A stretch of DNA of 64,000 nucleotides from Atractiella rhizophila (Eukaryota), in contig MU271181.1 in the NCBI GenBank assembly GCA_021432655.1, forward strand, positions 139,189 to 203,188. Reading direction: 5' to 3'. The notes beneath the pieces were generated by a model that had not been told where the DNA came from, ran no database searches, and worked only from the letters and a program-made list of their open reading frames with translations. A program made the translations under genes and the position numbers. Positions 25,470-37,799 of the stretch are shown piece after piece (the stretch's first letter is position 1; each line of letters starts with the position of its first letter).

Positions 25470-26048
25470 CTGCAGTTGTTCCGGCAATATTTGTATGTTT
25501 CCCTGCACTGGCTCCAATCAGGCAAGGTTTTCATTGAAGATGGAACTAAGCTTACTGGTGTATGCAAGTTTGAAATAATGTCTACTTCAGGTTGTCGGAT
25601 AACAAACCATGTTCGTTCCTCAGCAAAGAATGTTCATAAGCGACACACATTAAAGGGTTTGCCCTATCTGCTTGACTTCTCACTCCTGACAGGCCTTTTT
25701 CCCTCTGAGCGTCATTTCTATTTGCAATATAGTTTTGAATGAGCTTCTTTGCCTTCTAGTTATTGTAGCATAGGCCAATTCTGGAATCTGAGCTGACTAG
25801 AGATTAACAACCAAGCTGGATGACATGCAGGTGCCCTTTAAGAAACTAAAAAGACAGTTTTTTATCTGGAAAGAGTCCACTGGGATTTTCTGCAACATGA
25901 CAGCGATTGCAACGGGTAAAAACATATCCTCTACCTGCCTAACTTCATGTACTGAATATTTGGACCTATCTGAGGTACACTGCAGCGGCTATGGAAAAGT
26001 GGGCTGGATTTTTTGCCTTCCACTCTGCATCGGGCACATGCTTTGCAA
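25470..26048 (+). repeat. Diverged direct copy of about 19080-19668 (CACTA accessory-gene fragment)
   Basis: Long shared blocks such as GATGGAACTAAGCTTAC, GGCCAATTCTGGAATCTGAGCTGACTAGAGATT and TTTTTATCTGGAAAGAGTCCAC (1-nt indel). Confidence 0.92.
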
Positions 26049-27219
26049 GGGCTGATCAGTAAGTTCTCTATGCTTAGAGGAGGGGTCTTGGAGCTTCTTA
26101 TGATCCAACTTCATAAGCCCAGCTTATCCATTTCGTTATGTCTTCTGTTAAACTTCTGGTGGCAAAACAGCGCCTTGATGTTTTGACAATGCATCATTTT
26201 TTGGCATAGCACTGACAGCCTCTATGGGAATAGGTCAACTGTCAGCCTCAAACAATCAAGATCACTTGAGAGATGTAGGGATGGAGAATGTAGACTAACA
26301 ATTGGTTTAGGAGAAGGCATGGAAGAGGAGGAAGAAACAGTGACGGACTGTATCTTCACTACGAGTTGTGAATGGAATGACAGGGGTTACAACATGTTTC
26401 AGGAGCTCTCAAAGCAAGAGGCTCTTGATTGGGATAAACCGAAGTATCATCGATTTAGATAAGCCACTTTGTTTCCTTCTGGAAGGAGCTCATACACTAT
26501 GGACTAGGAATGGATCAGAATTTCCGCTGCAGTTGCCAATATACACTTCAAGGATGCACTATGGGGCTGACAGTCCATCGCAAACAAAAAGGTTGCTATC
26601 AAAAAGTGTGCTCTCCTGGTTTAGCCTTCTCTCATTCGCCTTCTTACTATTGACTGTATTTAACATGTCCTAACTGGAACAAACCTTTGAATACTACTCT
26701 TACTATGAGTTTTACAACTCGAGAGCCAGACTACTTGCCAGCAAGGCTCTGCAAGAGCACTCGCAGAACTTGTATGATAATATCAGGAAAACGGGAAACA
26801 AGATTACAAATCACTATATGTGCGGCGCACCCACGTCCATTCATTCTTCTTCACACCTAGATTTGACTGATGTCGATGAAGCCTCCTCTTCTCCCTGTAC
26901 CATGAATATGGTCATGTCCATGTCTGGTATGAGTAGGGACTCGCATGACAATTAATGATAATATCATAACGGCTAGTCATGACTTTTCAACCAAAATTTC
27001 AATTCATCAGTCATATCACTGATCATACATTGCATTCATGATAAGTCATGATTCTCAGGTGATTATTCATAACATTTCATGATTCAGTCAAGAGGCAGGG
27101 CGAGAAAGAGTAGTTCTGATTGGTTTGTATGTGTATATATGTCTACTTTGTCTTAAAGTACTCAAAAAGCTCTTTGTCTGTCCCAGAAAGCAATCCAGCA
27201 TCATACCAGGAGCCTAAAG

Positions 27220-28876
27220 CTATAGCAGCACGGAATGAATCTTGTGATAGATTTTGCTGGTGATCTGAAGTCCTCCCACAATGAAAGCACATTCCGCATT
27301 GGTACTGGTCACTAAGGAAGGGTCACCAGAAGGCAAGGAGTAAGGAAATGGTACACAACAGGGCAGGAGAGCACAGCTATTGCTAGAACTGCAATCGCGT
27401 GACAAGCACCCAACCGAATAAATGGATTCGCGTTTTGGTTAAGCTTGATGTTGCGAAGGTTATGGTCAAACTTATTGAGATAAGGGATTATGTCAGTAAG
27501 GAGCACCGGTTTCTTAGTAGATACCTTGACCGTTGCTCGATAGAAAGGCTGCAGTCCAGGCTCAGAGCTGCACACATAGGGGACTCCAAATTCTACGCTG
27601 TGAACACTTTTCAAGGCCTCCTGCTCAAATGCGAATAACTCATCAACGCGGATATGCCATGAACGGTGCCTGGCATTTGTTTTCAGAGGAGACATGGCAC
27701 CTAATGTGAATCTAATGGGACGCAACACCACTTCGTTGTGGTTGGAAAACAAGTTAAGGAGGGGTGGAGATCGTTACGGAAGGGGCAGCGTGAGTTATGG
27801 GAAGTATATAACATGCGAGGGAAAACGCTAGGCATGAATGTTCAATATCACCATCAAATTACCCAAGGAATCAACAATATTATTTAAGCAGTCATGCGGC
27901 CATTAATTGCAACGAGTTGAAGTATTTGTAATGTACTAGTAGAAACAGAAGGCATATGGGCACAGAATGAAGAAAGCTCAAGTCATCTAAAGTCGGACAA
28001 TAATGTCTATAAACCGAAGGAATAAACATCTAATCACGGTGATGGTGAGGATCAAAAACCCGTGGGCGTTGGCCAAATGATACGGAATATGCGCAGCAGA
28101 AACGGTTGGCAACTGCGGTTTGACATCTTCCAGAAGACTAGGCAGACGTAGCCTGTCGTATGAGACTGGACATGCGATTTGAACATGCGATTGTAGAGAA
28201 GATGTTAATTGGAAGTCTACAAGACAGTTAGTACTCGCGCACTTCGAGTCTAAAACTCACGGTCAGGGAACGGAGGTGAAATAGAGCCCACCAAGCTTTG
28301 ACCATTCAGATGGTTGTCCAATGGGAATGGAGGGAAAATCGGTGCTCGCATGGCTTGTGGGTAGACGTGAAAAGGCATACTCCATAAAGGGTATACGGTG
28401 TTGACGGAGTTGGGAGGCTGAAAGAGGAATCTATGTGGTCCATTGATGATCGACATCAAAAACCGAAAAGCTAGCGAGGACATACTTGACAGCCTCGGCT
28501 TGCTTTGTTGCCTTATCACTTGAACGAGGTTTACGGACATAGATGGTTTCGCAGCTGTACTACCAAGTGAGAAAGGGAACTGATGTCCTGCAAAGAAGCA
28601 CACCAGATCTCCCTGTCGCTGCAACCCTTGCATTTGTCCATCTCACTCTCCTTCTCACACTTCCTCCTCCATTTGCGGCACACCTAACGAATGACAAATA
28701 GTATTAAGAGAACGGGAGGGGGAAGAAGGGGAAAGACCAACATCGCAAGCCAAATACTTCCTGTTACGTGTAATCTTGGTCTTGTTCTGTTTCTTCGGAG
28801 CAGTCGTTGACACCAGGGAGGAAGGAGGTGAAGGGGTCTGAGAGGTGCTAGCAATTTGCTCTGCTTGTGATTGCAT
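27220..28876 (-). pseudogene. Zn(II)2Cys6 transcription factor gene, probably degenerate
   Basis: MQSQAEQ...RKYLACD, intron (GTTGGT...TTAG), then VCRKWRRKCEKESEMDKCKGCSDREIWC, giving CX2CX6CX8CX2CX6C. Downstream exons cannot be joined cleanly, so the 3' boundary is uncertain. Confidence 0.7.
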
Positions 28877-29376
28877 GTTAAATTCAGAATGCAAGAATAT
28901 GGTGGCGATCACAGGATTATTTGTGCTTTGAAAGGGATGAGAACAGTCTTCGCACTTATACCTTACGTTACCTTACTTTACTCTTTACTTTACCACAAGT
29001 TTGGGGAGCCCCTCGTCCCTCGGGGGAACCACAACCTGTTTTGCAATAAGAAGTGGCTGACTACACTGTTGGGAACATGCTGAGAGATAATTAGTGATTG
29101 AGTGCTCATAACAGCTCCTTGGAAACTACCTTATCTGTTAAATTGTATGCAGGCACTCATGGCTTCAAAAGTGACAAAATGTGAGCAAACAGAGAATCGA
29201 ACCAACACCAAAAACAAAATTATGTTATATCCTCAGCATAACACCAACTACACCATCATACCAAACTCTTTACCTTGCATATTATTTTGAGTAGGTAAGA
29301 AAAGTCTTGCCAAAAGAGGCAAAGTCAGTCACTTGACTCAGTGATGGAGACAATTATTTATTGTCTTTTAGATAAG

Positions 29377-29597
29377 CTTTATTGTATACTGTTCGAAAGG
29401 TGCTGACACGTGTATTCTGGTGGTATGCTCAGAATTTTGAGGGGGTTGTTGTGGACCAAGAAGAAGAAGTCACATGAGTCAGTAGGGAAAACAATTTTTT
29501 TTCGTCTTTCAAATGGGCTTTGCTGTATACGGTTCGAAGGGCGCCGACACGCGTATTCTTGCTGTATGCTCAGAATTTTGAAAGGACTGTTGTGGGC
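29377..29597 (+). repeat. Two imperfect direct repeats of about 80 bp, about 141 bp apart
   Basis: TGTATAC(T/G)GTTCGAA...GACACG(T/C)GTATTCT...GTATGCTCAGAATTTTGA occurs at about 29384 and 29525. Confidence 0.85.
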
Positions 29598-30379
29598 GGT
29601 GAGAGAAGTGCTCAAAAGGACATGCGTGAGTCACGCTAAAAACCCGTCGTGCTTTATAAGGAAGGATTATTTACTCGTGATTTTCTTGGTAAGAGGTTTC
29701 CAGTTTCCGGCCGCCCAAACACTGCAACACAGCAAAATGCTTGAAGCCTTCGAATCAACTGGAGAAGATCAAGTGCTGAAGGAAAGGAGGCACATAGGTT
29801 TGTGGTGCAATAGTCCTTCTTGACAACAGTTTCTGACCCTCTTTCTAGTACTACCCGTTGTTGATTCCAGGGTCTGAAGGAATGCACAGAGCGTGAGATG
29901 GAGAAGCTGGTGACTAGAAGAGTTATCCCCACAACCCTCACCCTGACCCTCCCCTCCAAAAGCCTGCACATCTCCATTACCCGTCCCATTCGAAATTGAT
30001 CAGAAAATCTCCATTCCCGCCAACTATTCCGTTAGATGTGGCAGAAGCGCTGGTAAGTGATGTCGAGATTAGAGTGATAGAGAGAGCTCGTCTTAGGGTA
30101 GAGGAGAGGCAGCGACAGAAATGGTTGTTCGTATCTGTTCGTCGATTCTGGATGATTGACGGGAAAGGTTGACGAGAGGACTTCGTGCAATGGAATGAAG
30201 TGAGGCCCTGGTTGCTTCCGCTGGAGATCAGTTCATTGATTCTGTTCCGTCCGCTGAGGTGCTGTAGTCGCCTGTAGGAGGAATCTGAGAGCCAGTGAGC
30301 TGACCTGCAGAAAAAGAAAGGAATGGATGGATCTCGGTGCTGGCCCGATTGCCTCAGAGTTGTGTGGCAGGCTCTTGGG

Positions 30380-31978
30380 TCAGCCTCCATGACACGTAAC
30401 CCTGCAGCTCCATTGAAATTGCTTTTCGATTTGGGGGACCGGCGGCGCATTACAGCGGTGGCTCCTACCTCCCCATTCCATACCGCAAATGTTGCAGTCG
30501 TTTGAGTTGGCCGGAAGGGTTCCTGGCGAGAGGGGAAACGGGTTTAAGGGAGATGCTGCTGTGCCCCTGTCAACGAATCGTTTGAACGCGGCGCTGTATG
30601 CTGCTCGCTCGTTCAAAAGGTATGTTCTCCACGCTCCGTGTTCGATCCTGGTTGGGATTAGGGGCGAGGATAGTCGCGGTTCGATGATCGTTCGGTGCGT
30701 TGCGAGGGGACGTTGTTGAAATGACGGGTTCGGACGGTTTTGCGTGAAGGGTTGCTGGAAGGGTTGTTGTGTCGTTGAAGGTTTGAATGACATCTTACCA
30801 CTTTTCCATAACGTGAACATCTCCTCCTTCTCTCTCAATCGCTCCTCTTTTTCCTTTCTTGCTTCAGCCCTAGCTTCCGACAGCTTTGCAACCGTATCTG
30901 CTACTTCTCTAACCGTTGTAAGGCCTAAAAGGTGGGTTCGGATAGTTCGAGGGAATGAATCCTTGAGTTTCTGAGCTAGCACCGGTTCGTTCTGGTAATC
31001 GTCTGGTAGGGCAACGAATCGCGACTTGACTTGTAGGGCGCATGAGATGTGTTGTAGAACCAACTGGGATTCTGGGTTCGATGGGTCGAGTGGAATCTTC
31101 TTTTCGAGTTCCTGTCCCTTGCTTCCGTAATCGTCTATTACTGCCTCCAATTCCTGATACTGCGTAAGACCTTGCTGCACCTGCACTCTTGGTGGTGCAA
31201 ATGCCTCCTCTATCCATGTGCATGCTTCTTCCAGTGACTGCCAACTTGTTCCACAAACCCTCATGTCCCTCCTTCGTTGTTGAAGCACGTACAGAACGTG
31301 GTCGTCGGCTTGGAGCAATCTCTCCAACCACTCCATAGCCTTCATTGGGCTGTACCGTTCTACCTCCGTGACTTCTCCAACTTCGTCCTCTCTTTCCACC
31401 ACACTTCGAAATATCCCCCCTTCTGCTCCTTATGGTAGGCTAGGACGTTAGCCAGGAAACTCCTCAATTCCTCCCTTTTCCCACTCCAGCTGTAACGTTT
31501 TTAATGCTCACCTCCCTTTCCCTTCTCCGATGTTCCTCTCTCTCTCTCTGTTCCTTATTATCCTTTCATAATTCCCTCAACTCCATTAAAAGCATCATCT
31601 GCATCCTGTCTCCTCCTTCTCCTCCCTCGTCCTCTATCCCTGATCTTCCTTCCCGTTGCTCCAGGTCCATCGGTAATCTCTTGTTGAATGCGAGGTCTAA
31701 GGTTCGAGTTGTCAGTAGCGGTGTTAGTGTCGGAGGTTTGTTCCGGTGATGGTGAGCTGATCGGTGAGATCCGTGTGTGAGGAGGTGGTGCTCTTCGTTC
31801 GGCTATGGGAGAGAGGCGATGAGAGGGGGGTATGGGCAGGAGCGGCGGGGCGTTGTTGATGAGGTGCGAGGTGGGTGGGCGTGATCTGAGAGAGGTGAAG
31901 CGGGAAGGGTCCTGATTGTAGGGTTTTCTGGGCGGGTGCCAGCATGGGTGTGGGTGGGTTCAGGTGCAGGCTAGCCAC
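30380..31978 (-). mobile_element. Ty3/gypsy-type gag remnant
   Basis: 340-aa ORF ending PFPLSPGTLPANSNDCNICG...H.C, the PxPLSPGT plus knuckle pattern of basidiomycete gypsy-like gag; Pro-rich, frameshifted N-terminus; no pol seen. Confidence 0.6.
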
Positions 31979-32099
31979 CTGTAGTGGTTCTTGATGTGGG
32001 GATGGGACGTGAGTGAAGATGATGGATCAATGTTAGTTTTCATTCTATGGATTGTACATGTTTGTGCCTGCCACGACGAGGGGTAACATTGAGCTTTGC

Positions 32100-32820
32100 C
32101 TTAGCTTCTTCGGCATGATCATTGTCTTCACGGAGGGTCTGCATCGTCGTGTCGTGTCCCTTTTGGCATCATCCACGTGCGTATAACGCCAAAATATTTC
32201 GCGGAGGCGGGGGGTCGTAATGTAGTTGAACACCGGCATCACTAGGAAACCCGCACCAGAATGACAGAGAAGACGAGCGGAGTGCTCGCGAACACAGAAC
32301 GAGAAGACTCTCGTTCTCTGTTGGGAAGAAAGAACCACGCTGCTGTAAATCGTAAGTTGGCCTAACGCCATTCACTTGTAGAAAATCTCGACCAGTCTTG
32401 CCACTAGTGTTGACGAGCTGCCACGGTTCATTGATGAAAGGCTTCATGTACGTTATCTAAAGATATAATATGAAAAGGAAGTTTAAGAAACCAAGACGCT
32501 CGCGAAGGCGTGTGAGTGGGTTCGACTCCTGAACATCCGGTGCTGAGAGGGAGCTGTGGGGTAGGTCCCCATAGGACGGCAGCGTTTGTAGAAACTTGTC
32601 CACAGACAATGTTGCGTATTCCCCCCTCATATCACCGCAGATGAAGTCGTAGGCATCCTCATTTTCTGTCACTGGAATGATTTGACCGTCATGGTTGGAG
32701 CTGCTGGCTAGCTGCTTCGGGGTCGGCTTTATTACAGGGGGATTGCCGGAGTTGCTAGTAGGGGGGGTAGGTTGGGGAGTAAGGGGGCAGTCAGACTTGT
32801 GGCCATCGACATCGTTGGAC
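32100..32820 (-). pseudogene. FunK1 (Pkinase_fungal) N-terminal fragment
   Basis: LGQLTIYSSVVLSSQQRTRVFSFCVREHSARLL...FNY...LREIFWRY matches the GQ..Y..Q.R...F...ARL segment upstream of FunK1 kinase domains; the kinase core is absent. Confidence 0.7.
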
Positions 32821-33229
32821 AGGCAGCGGGGTTGAAGTGGTGGCAAGCTAGTCGCCCGGTTTGCACAGGCGGCCAGAGGCCACAAGCGAAAAATGGTTTT
32901 GCTCTTCAATTTGAAAATGTGCAGCCAAAAGCGGGTCAAAACGGGTGGACCAGTTTTATCGCCAACCAACCCTTGGCACGGGCCTGGTGTGGGTGTGCTG
33001 TTGCAGCAAAGGCATGATGGTGCACATACCTGTTGTGACGCAATCAACCAAAACACTGAGTTGAAGGACGAAGTTTACCGGACGTGCCAAGTCCCACCCG
33101 CAGTGGTTGCTTCGTCCGTCAGCCCTTGCCTGTAGTGGATGTCAACGTTTGTAATGTTTAAGAAGAACACCCCTTTTTGACAGCATTTTGAGAGGAGATC
33201 AGTTTGCTGTAATCCAGACAACCTTCAAG

Positions 33230-33900
33230 ATGGCAGAAGAGATGCCCAAGATGCCCACCTACACAAAGCTGAACTTTGCCCCCGACTTCCCACCATTGGA
33301 TGATTGCAATTTGATCCTTGTGTTGAAAGATGGTACAGCCTTTGCAAGGAAGAGACCACTTCTTCAGCAGCACTCATCTGTCTTCGCTGACATGCTCCAA
33401 ATTCCCAATATCTGCCGCAATTCAACCCCACCCGAGTCTCCAGAGAATCCGATCCCAGTTGCCAAATTCGACGATAATACTAAAGCTCTCACATTCATTT
33501 TGGATATCTTTCATGCAAAAGATAAGGATCTGACATGAGGGAATGAGCTCTCCATGGACTTTCTTATGGAATTATTACAAGTAGCAGATAAATATCAGCT
33601 CGCATTCATTGTAGGGATATGCAGGCTGAATGTCACGTAAGTCCAAGCCATCGGGGAGCGGTTTTTTCTGACGGTGCCACAGGTGCCGATCGACCAGTGT
33701 TGCTGCTAAGGATGCTCTTCTCCTTTATCTCGCTTTCCACGCACTCGGCAACAACACTGGCGTTGAATTCTGTTCAAAACTAGCCTTAGAACATATACCA
33801 CCCAGCAGTCGTGTCCAGTCTTCTGATTACAAGAATGAAAAATTCTTTACAGCTAGATGGGATGGAAACAAGCACTCGAATATTGCAACAAAATTACTCA
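33230..33900 (+). pseudogene. BTB/POZ-domain gene with in-frame stop
   Basis: DCNLILVLKDGTAF...LQQHSSVFADML...ALTFILDIFH, then TGA at 33536, and the same frame continues LLQVADKYQL, followed by a GTAAGT intron. Confidence 0.85.
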
Positions 33901-36677
33901 AAACTTTGGACTGAGTTGCAAGAATTGACCACAAAGGTATCCTTAGCGTGAATGATCAGACCTGTGCAGGAAGGATGAGGTTGTTGTGTTGCTGTAGAGC
34001 AAATTGGCAGACGTAGGAAGACCTTGGTGCGATCAAGCCAGGACATTAGACAATAAAGAGGTTGCAAAAGATCAAGCAGACTCATCACCCCTAAGAGTCG
34101 GAGTCGGTTAGCGTTATAATCCAGAGTTGGTTGAAGGCTGTATAACAGATTCATTTTACTCATAACCTGTGCATATGTTCTACTTGCCTATCCCTCTGGG
34201 GTTCGATATTTTAGTCCTGAAATGCTGTTGTTCCACATAAGTGGCATTGCACTGCTTCAAGGCTGAAGCATAGAAGTTGAAGGAGAAGAAACCACAAGCT
34301 GGCTTGTCACTTGAATTTTAAGCCGTTTCACCAAATTTCACTTCCTTCTGCTGTGAAACATGTTGCACCTATGAGAAGATGCAAGAAATGTTTGAAGATG
34401 ATCAATGGGTTCATTTGACAAGTGGTCTCACCTTTTTTGAACATCAGTTCTCTGTTTCATCTCCCTATGTCATGACAAGCCTCCTAGCAATACAAAGGCA
34501 GTTGCTTGTCATGTTGCTGCCACTCGTTGGCATGCTATAAAGGCTCTGCTACAGTCACATCGAAGCCCAAAAATGGCTCGCAAATCTGGAACAAGGGAAT
34601 ACACTGATGCTCTCCAGACTCCATTCTTTGCTAAGAGGAACTGGCTGCACCTGATTGCATGAATAATTCGGGACTGTGGTTGGGGCGTTAACGACGATCG
34701 AGGTGGCCAAATGGCAGTGGGACATGCATAGTGTCGCATCGATGATGGCTGACACGGACAGTAGTAGAATACCTGATGGCAGAAAGACCTTTCTCCCTTC
34801 TACGACGTATGATCAGCAAATGCGGTGAATAGGCAAAGTAGAACTCACCCAGAAAGATATCTCAGGTTCCATCTCAGTCCCTCTGTATCTCGAACAGGTC
34901 AGCAGAGGTATTGGAGGATGTGACTGGTGATGAGGTGCCAGGCTGGGGAGGTTGTTTGGAGAGGAGGATGTCATGATGTGGAGATGCCAGGTTTCATGTC
35001 GGTTGGTTCAGCCATGGGTACCATGGATTGCTTCCATCTGCATCATACCTGTCAGATAGATTCATTCATATCAATGATATAAAGCGAATAGAAAACCATT
35101 TACCGACATGACTGTCCTTCGACAAGAAACATTATGTGAAGGGAGGTGAGGGATAGCTGCAACAACAAGGTGACGAGAGATGAATAGATAGTTCGTGTAA
35201 GAAGACCAAGGGAATGCTTCCTCTTGTTGGTGACAAACAACATCGCTCACTCACGCCCTTACACAAGCGTTCAAGGACATCTTCCTGACCACAAGCTCGC
35301 TCTCATCAGGATGAGGACAAACGGAAGTAGCTAAATCACTCACAATGGAAGGAATGAGCCTAAGCTATACAATCTTGTCTGAGACTTCCATTCCGCCTAT
35401 GCCTGAAGACAACCTAGCTCTAAACTGGCGAGCTGGAAAGAAAAGTGTTGCCATACCATAAGGAATCCAATCACTCGATGAAGTTTGCATAAGAAAAGAT
35501 TCCAAATTCATATCAGGCTGATCCAAGTGGTTTGCTAAGCGGCACTTCATTTCGGTTAGTTCCCACACTTTGCCGAGCTTCAATTCACTGACACTATAAG
35601 ACAGCGGCGGTTTGTCCAGGCTGACCTCGAACTCGAAAGTCAAGGGAAGAAGGCTGTCGTTAGGCCAACCACAATGTCGGCTAAGCGGAAGCGTGTTGAG
35701 CACACAGAAGAGGCGACTGACGAGGATCTGTCGTTCTGGGATGCTCTTGACCAGGAGTTGCAGGATCTGTCAAAGCTTTCACATACGGAGTGATTTATGT
35801 ATGCATCCAGGAGCAGATCTTCCCTTATTGATTACCTGTTGACCTATGCTCTGAGAGTAGGAAAATCAGCCAAACTTATGCCGAAGACCTGAATCAATAC
35901 AACGCACCTCCCGAAAGGGAGATACTTGACGCTCACCGGGCCTTCAACAACTACTTCGAGTCGATACTTCCTCAGATCATCGAAGCCGGGAATCTGGCAC
36001 GGGCTGGAAGGCAAGGTTACTAGTGAAATGGGCGGGCTGAACTTGAGATTTGGGAGGTGATGGGATGGAGTGGGTGGAGCAAGGTACCTAGGATTGATCT
36101 ACATGTTTTTAATGGTGTGTTCATGTTCAATTTGGCAATTTTCTCATTCATTCTTTCTTTTCACATTGCTATTCTATACTTCATTGGAATTTAATTCTCT
36201 TTTCAATGTATACTGAGAAATAGTGCCAACTGGAAGATCGAAGGAAATGGAAGCGGTTACGAAGGGGAGGGCTGATGGTTGTGGCCACAGCTGGCCGGAC
36301 CAAATGCCAGCGAAACATGAAGACTGCTGAAGATGATGCTGGGGATACAAAATTTGAGTCCCTCACGATGTTGTTTGGCTTCCTGGCGGGATGCACGACA
36401 GGAATACCCGCATAAAATTCATTTTTCGAGTTGATCGAAATCGCAAACTGAGCGACGCTGAGATTCCCCTCGTTACAGTCCTGCCGTGGATTTCCTAGAC
36501 TCCAAACTCAACCTGCCATGTAGTGTATCTGAGAACATGTACCTCATCCACCAAATATTCATCCTCCACCCTTCTACCATTGTCATGAACTATTCCAAAC
36601 TTCTGCATGATACTCTTAATAGTTTGTTGTCCATTTCAGCTTCCTCCCATCTCCATCAAGCTCATACTTGTCAGAGC

Positions 36678-36870
36678 TAGGGATGGCTATCGCAGTCGAA
36701 CCGTCCCAGGGTATGCCGGCTCGGATACCTATTGTATGTCGGTCAACTGAGGAAAAAGGCTATGACTGACGATTCGACTCGTACGACCCCAAAGGTGTAT
36801 TGAATCACTGGAAGGTGTTTTTTATGACTCCAATACGATACACGATTCTGCATGCCACGTTTTTGGGGAA
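36678..36870 (+). mobile_element. Possible hAT-type terminus
   Basis: TAGGGATGG start followed by clustered CGA/TCG motifs (GTCGAAC, GATTCGACTCGTACGAC, TACGATACACGATT); no partner end found. Confidence 0.35.
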
Positions 36871-37799
36871 CGGCACCATTAGTAAGATGTTCCACCTCCC
36901 AGAAGGAGCACAAGGTAAGAACTCACTTCAATCCTCCGGTCCTCCCATCACCATATAACCCATGGCATCGTCATCACACTGTCTCTCCAACATCTTGATT
37001 GCAATTGATTTCAACCATGGCAACAATGGAGAGCTTTCTCGGGGTAGGAAAGAGGACACAAACTTCAGTGGATATTGTGAAAAGGAACAATGAAGAAAGT
37101 GAGTGACTCATTATCAAAGTCTGCTTGATTGGCCAAATCCTCAAACTTGATGATGTAGAATTCCAGATTGCCTTTCTGTTGAGGGAAGACAGCTTTGTTT
37201 GCGCAATAAGTTTGTGGTCAGTTTTACAAAAATGTGTTTTGAACTCTGACAAATATTGTTCTCACGAAATCTGTTCCTTGTTTCCACAAGTTGGCACAAT
37301 ATCCTAACATCAAATGTTTCATCATCTCCTTCGTTCATATATGACAGAGTAAGTACAATTTTGGACTATTCTGAGCAGACTGTCCTGGGATGGCAGAAGT
37401 GTAGATGTAAATTTTGGGGAGAACAGTCGGTACCAAGCTAGGTATGACTTTGAAGATAGAAGGTGGAGCGAGTCTGACACCTGCATAAGGTGAAACTTGT
37501 GCAGTTTGAGGTTTAGAGAGAGAGGAATTTGTCAGATGGGTTGGATCTATCCTAGATGTGACTGGAGAAATGGCTCCACTGTCTCCAGCAGGTGGTCGGC
37601 TGGAGTCCAGCAGTTCGAAAGGACTAAAGCATTACCTTGAAAAAATCAGCCAGGGAAGTAAGGAATTGCTGGGAGCACTGCTTGACGATGGTTGAAAGAG
37701 AGGGCTTTAAGTGAACCAATCATAAAAAAGGTCTTTATGTTAAGTTAATGGCTTTAGGTCTGTGCCGTCAAAAGAGAACCTGACATCTTTTTGGGGTGA

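Noticed and set aside
34500..36030. Coding-looking fragments here, and also at 6900-7350, 58400-59840 and 63340-64000
   Set aside because: No recognisable domain or consistent exon chain.
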